This document shows, in pieces, positions 59,234 through 64,000 of a DNA stretch of 64,000 nucleotides. The translations under genes and the position numbers were made by a program. Under the pieces are notes generated by a model that did not search any database, was not told the DNA's origin, and saw only the letters and a program-made list of their open reading frames with translations. Position 1 is the stretch's first letter; each line of letters starts with the position of its first letter. The DNA is taken from assembly GCA_002633005.1 (NCBI GenBank), contig NMRA01000370.1, forward strand, positions 62,001 through 126,000, read 5' to 3'. This DNA comes from Phoronis australis (taxonomy: Eukaryota; Animalia; Phoronida).

Positions 59234-60655
59234 CCATATTCGCCGTAATAACCGCCCAGGGAGCTTAGAAAAGTTGGGTTCGGGGGGGGCGCTTATTATA
59301 ACCCAAGGCGTTTGAAACCCGGTCTCCGAAACGGGTGAAATCGGAAGCTAAGATTCATCAAATTTACGCTCTGTGACGTATCTGTAATCTATGAAAGACT
59401 TTCTACAAAACTGTGGTGCATTGCTATCAAACTTTGCTGCTAAATTACGATCATTTTACAGAAAATTGTGCTGAAATCCCAAGGCGAAAACTCGCCAACT
59501 CACTGCCTCGAAATCGCCGTATTCGATATGGTGACTGCAATGTTTGAATAAAAATAGTTTCGACTAAAGCAAATTACCTGAAGTCTTCATTAAGTTTTCT
59601 AAGTAGCGTCCCTAAGATTTTTTTACGCTCCCGTGGAGTCTTGATTAACGGCAGGTTTAAGTACAAGTCTGTGGAACATCGTGCCATCTACATGTATGAT
59701 TGGCAACACGGCGAGAAAAATGTCTGGACGAACACACATGTTGTTGTCACGTGACGTTTGTTTTGAAGTTCGTCTGCATTTGTGAGTAAGCGAGCGCGTG
59801 CGTGTCACCAGAGTTCATTTGCCAAAGCAAAGACCGTCTTTTGGCCAGAGCCACGCAATCTAACGAGCTAGTAAGATGTGCATTGTGTCTAAAGAAATTT
59901 GCACAAGCAGTAGACCTAAATCAGAGCGTGTTTCATTCAGCACTTTCCGGACTCTTGTGCTAAAAACGTTCGACATTTGTCTTGGTAAGGCCCGTATTAG
60001 TCGCCGTGTAGCTGGATGCGTACGTAACTATCTGACAATTATTTTTCGGTGTAAGTGTGTGTAAGCATTCACTCTCAGTTGTCATTTTATCGGATATTTG
60101 GCTTAAAACCACCAATTATGGTTAATCAAACAATCTATCTCAAAAATAACGCAAACATGTTTTATAGTATTAGAAATTGTCGGAAATTAGTGCCAATATT
60201 CATTTCTTACCGATGCTATGCTACCGGTTTCATGAATGGATAGTCTTTGATGACAGGTTCATGTATGTAGCACGCGCTTCCTGGCCACGTGCGTTTAACA
60301 CCGAGTTATTTTTATTCATGAGACAGTCGATGTGTCTGTACTGAAAGGTCAGACCATAGTGGGACACAGTCGTCGCGAGAGTAGCAACGCTGTTGCATTC
60401 TTTTTGAAGCGCTGCGTTACTTTGAAGTGTATAGTCACGGCTAAATACAAACGTAGCAGTGCCGCTGGTGGTCTAGAAAACCCGTGCAAAATTTTTTTGA
60501 TAAATTGAAGACGTTACTGTAGCCGAGTTTTAGGACTGTAGGTACGGCAATGTTCGCATGTACACATTCATGGACTGGGCGCTTATTTCAGCAAAGTCTG
60601 GAAACTCGTGGGGGGGCACTTATAGGAGCATGGGCGATTATTACGGCGAATACGG
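59234..60655. mobile_element. 1.42-kb non-autonomous Tc2/pogo-like DNA transposon
   Basis: TA|ccatattcgccgtaataaccgccca ... tgggcgattattacggcgaatacgg|TA (25-bp TIR, 2 mismatches); no transposase ORF. Confidence 0.85.
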
Positions 60656-62123
60656 TAAACCAGACTCTACAGGTTGGCTTGTCACATGGTGTCATTTTGT
60701 GCACTGAGCACGATCTTCAAAAATAAAAAATGCCAATGCTTTGCAAACCAAAAATCACTTCACATCTGAGTAAGGAACAAACTGAGACTAATTTTAGAGT
60801 GGTAAGTGGTTTAAATAAAAAATTTGCTTCTTGCGCGTAACCCATGTTTTATAGCCAGTCTTTTGATAGTAGTGTGTGTAGGAATTACCAGTTGCTACAC
60901 CATTAAATTTCTGTATTAATTTTTGCTTTCATGTGATGCTGTGTCTTCTGGTGAACTAAGTATAACCAGCTGCATGAATTATGCAAATGAGTATGAGAAG
61001 TACAGGAAAGCAGATTGTGATACCTTTTTAACTGTTTTATACAAATTGACGTACAATTTGTCACTTTTGCAGTTTTTCCAGGAATGTTACCATGAAACAA
61101 ATTAGTAACTGTTTCAGATATTGTTTTGTGACATCAACACACTACCAAACTCGAGCTAAGAATCGTCTAAAAATTTCTTGATCTCTATTTTATCTGTAAA
61201 TAGGCAAACAATAATTTTAGTTGTCTGTAGTCTAGTGTGTTGAGTATGTATAACGATAATTTAAAAATATGCTCAAATTGTATTCTCAGTTTTTAAAATG
61301 GCTTAATATCCACATGGAATTTTCATTAACAATTTTTTTTTACTGTGAAATATTGTTATCAGGTCTGACACACAGTCTGTGTGTCAATCGTTTCTGTTCC
61401 GTATTTCTATTTGGAGACATAGTTCTCTGGAGTTCACTGGGTAGTCACAAGGTGGCTATTTCATAATTTGTTTATTCACTAGAGATGTCATGCTAAAGTT
61501 GCTACTTACAGGTCTAATGTGTTGACAGGATGTATGTCAAACATAAATCATATTTTGCATCCAGGATAATAATTTGTTCAGTTACGATAATTTATGGTAT
61601 CTATGCATTGTTCCTGATGCTTACGTCATTGTGAAGTCTACCATGACAAAATTACTTAGTGAAAGAAATGATTTGTACAATTTTCCTGCCATAGCATGAC
61701 ATGACGACAATTAATGACATGTAAATTTGCTGTAAGTACCAAGGTTCAGTGAGCTAGGAAATAACAACCCTCTGGAATAGCCTTGACCTTCCGTGTTGTT
61801 ACGGGCGAGAACATTAATGTCTGCGCCTCTGTAAGTGGAAAATTAAGCTTCCGAGGAATTCCCTGTTGTTTTTCTGGGAGTTGGTAATTTGATGTAGGAT
61901 CTTGCACAGCTCTCTATGTATTTAACCAAACATTTGCAAAACTCAACTCTTTCACTTGTATGTATTTTCTGAAAGTCGAAAGCCTTCAGAATTTGATTTC
62001 TGACATTACCGATCTGCTGTTAATTGGGTTATATGACCTTGTCTTTAATAACGCTTAGCGCGGCTGTTTCGAAAGTCAGCTATTCCCTTAGCGGACCACT
62101 GAAATTAACCATTCCGCTCTCCT

Positions 62124-62280
62124 TTGACATGTTACACTGTGGGTGTGGTCTGATATCCACAAGTAACACTGTGGGCGTTGTCTGATATTGACAAGTAGCA
62201 ATGTGGGCGTGGTCTGTTATTGACAAGTAACATTGTGGGCGTGGTCTGATCTCGACAAGTAACACTGTGGGTGTGGTCTG
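62124..62280 (+). repeat. Minisatellite, ~5 x 32 bp, each with GGG(C/T)GTGG-like box
   Basis: gacaagtaacactgtgggcgtggtctgatatt units. Confidence 0.9.
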
Positions 62281-62844
62281 CTATGACTTGTCAGTTTTTC
62301 TCAAGCCTTGAAATTATTTCCAAGTAAGGTACAAGACGAGACTGGTTTTATATCAGTACGTTGCCTTAATGAAGCCGTGAGTTTGATGGAACGCATAGGT
62401 TTATTGCCGCTTTACCCTCCAAAATCATCGTTTTTCTGTTTTTCAAGCACTGTGAATAATTGAGGCCTACTTCTGTATTGCTTTGTGGCAGTGGAAAGGT
62501 AAAGTGATAATTATTATGAAGGGAAGTTTTTCAATATCGATTTTTGTTCAAGGGTTGACATAAAGCTTTCTATGTATGTTCCTTATTTATTAATAAGTGC
62601 TAAATAAGCAAAGGATTTCCTTTAATTCATTTTTTAGTAGTTGGTGTGAGTCCATTCTTGGGGCCCATATCTTTGAAGACACAACTACAGAAACTTAATG
62701 TAAAGATTAAATTTTTCATAATTTCATACAGTCAAACAAGGTATCTTGACTGAGTGTCAGTTCAACAAATATCTTAAGGAATGTAGTACCCCTAGTGGGC
62801 AATATGCAAACTAAAAATTCAGCTCTACAGTTAAGGACCCCATA

Positions 62845-63076
62845 GAGGCGGCAATGTAGCCTAGTGGCATAAGTGTCTATTTCCTTTACTCGAGATCGTG
62901 TATTCAAGTCCCACTGGCACACACTGCTAGACCCTCAAATCAGATCTCCAGCTCCTCAGCTCGGTTGTAACTATCCATTAATAAAGCATAAAAATGGTTT
63001 CAGGTGGTCAATGCACACCCAAGCAGCCTGTGCACATCTGGTACAACGTGTATTAGACAGCTTGCAACTACTTTTT
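62845..63076 (+). mobile_element. tRNA-derived SINE, family A copy
   Basis: tagcctagtgg A box, degenerate B box tattcaagtc, body matches 44878-45120. Confidence 0.72.
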
Positions 63077-64000
63077 AACATCATCGATCCCATAGCAGAT
63101 CAACCTTTCGAGACTTGCAGTTGTCCAGTTTTCAGTCAGATGACCGCGTCTTCAGGTTGGCTTCCATTTAAGTAATTATGATTGGCTATGTAAGCAGAAA
63201 TGAGTTAGCACTCATGGTATGCGAGGTCAGTTTTCACATCAACAATAACAACAGATGTTGCCTTTTTCACAAATCGTTCACATGTTGTTCGTCTTCGGTG
63301 TTCATTTTGAGAATTGACAGTCTTTTATGGAAACAGTTTCCACCAATTACCTATGCCAAGTCTAGCCTACACGAAGATCGTCACCAAATGCATTCGAGTG
63401 TCCCGTTTGACATACATGGATTGCACATAGATGGGCCACTCAGATGGGGTTTTCTTGGCACATTCCATATAGGAGATAGTCATATTTCTATTCAATTCTC
63501 TCGCGCAGTATATTTTGTGGATAAGAAATGGTAAATGGTTGAATGTTCTTTTTACTGCAACAGCTGCAGGGTTATTTCCGTGACGCGCATGTAGTCTTAC
63601 CCAATGTCAATGCTTTTAAGGATGGGTTCCATTTTTATCATGCTACGGTATAAAGAATGTATATCTTAGTTTCCCTGCCGCACGCATACATAAAAGTACA
63701 AGTTCTTCAAAATACATAGGTATTGCAATCTCACCTATTGTCTTCCGCCTAAAAGTATCATTTGATCCTTTAGTTATAAAGGAGTGTAAAATTGCTCATT
63801 GACTGGCTCAATTTTACCCAATCCCTGTTTGATGTCATGAATGCAATCCAACTAGAGTTCTTGATCACAGTTGAATTTCGGCATTGAATTTGTCGTTATT
63901 GTGATTCACCTCCGGTTTGGTAAACGGCACGGTCTCGTCATTCTGTCTGCCATTGGTCTGTCCGTACATCAGTGAGATGACAGAACCTCCTGATGGCTGA

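Noticed and set aside
63080-63534. Possible decayed coding fragment (either strand)
   Set aside because: Minus-strand frames have several stops and no recognisable motif; plus-strand ORF has no coding signature; TBLASTX needed

Overview
AT-rich, intron-rich animal genomic DNA (invertebrate-like, possibly lophotrochozoan; taxon is inference only), not prokaryotic. Three protein-coding genes were reconstructed by hand from splice sites and reading frame. (1) The 1.5-kb terminal exon of an unidentified Ser/Asp/Cys-rich protein (+, 3576-5104). (2) A complete 3-coding-exon TMEM115 (-, 14632-11003, 374 aa) with a probable ~5-kb 3' UTR. (3) Head-to-head with it, a divergent GTF3C1/TFIIIC220 gene (+, 33 phase-consistent coding exons, 15659-55086, 1722 codons, no stop found in the window). 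Introns carry many non-autonomous elements: tRNA-derived SINEs, Tc2/pogo-, hAT-, Harbinger- and Kolobok-like MITEs, a long fold-back, and minisatellites. Most notable: two arrays of co-oriented CTCF-like motifs at ~147-bp spacing; an intact A/B-box (TFIIIC site) next to the promoter of the TFIIIC B-box-binding subunit gene itself; an ETS-CRE bidirectional promoter; a hAT-like MITE with a 5-bp TSD. No CRISPR array, rRNA or convincing functional tRNA was found, and no novel system can be established from sequence alone.
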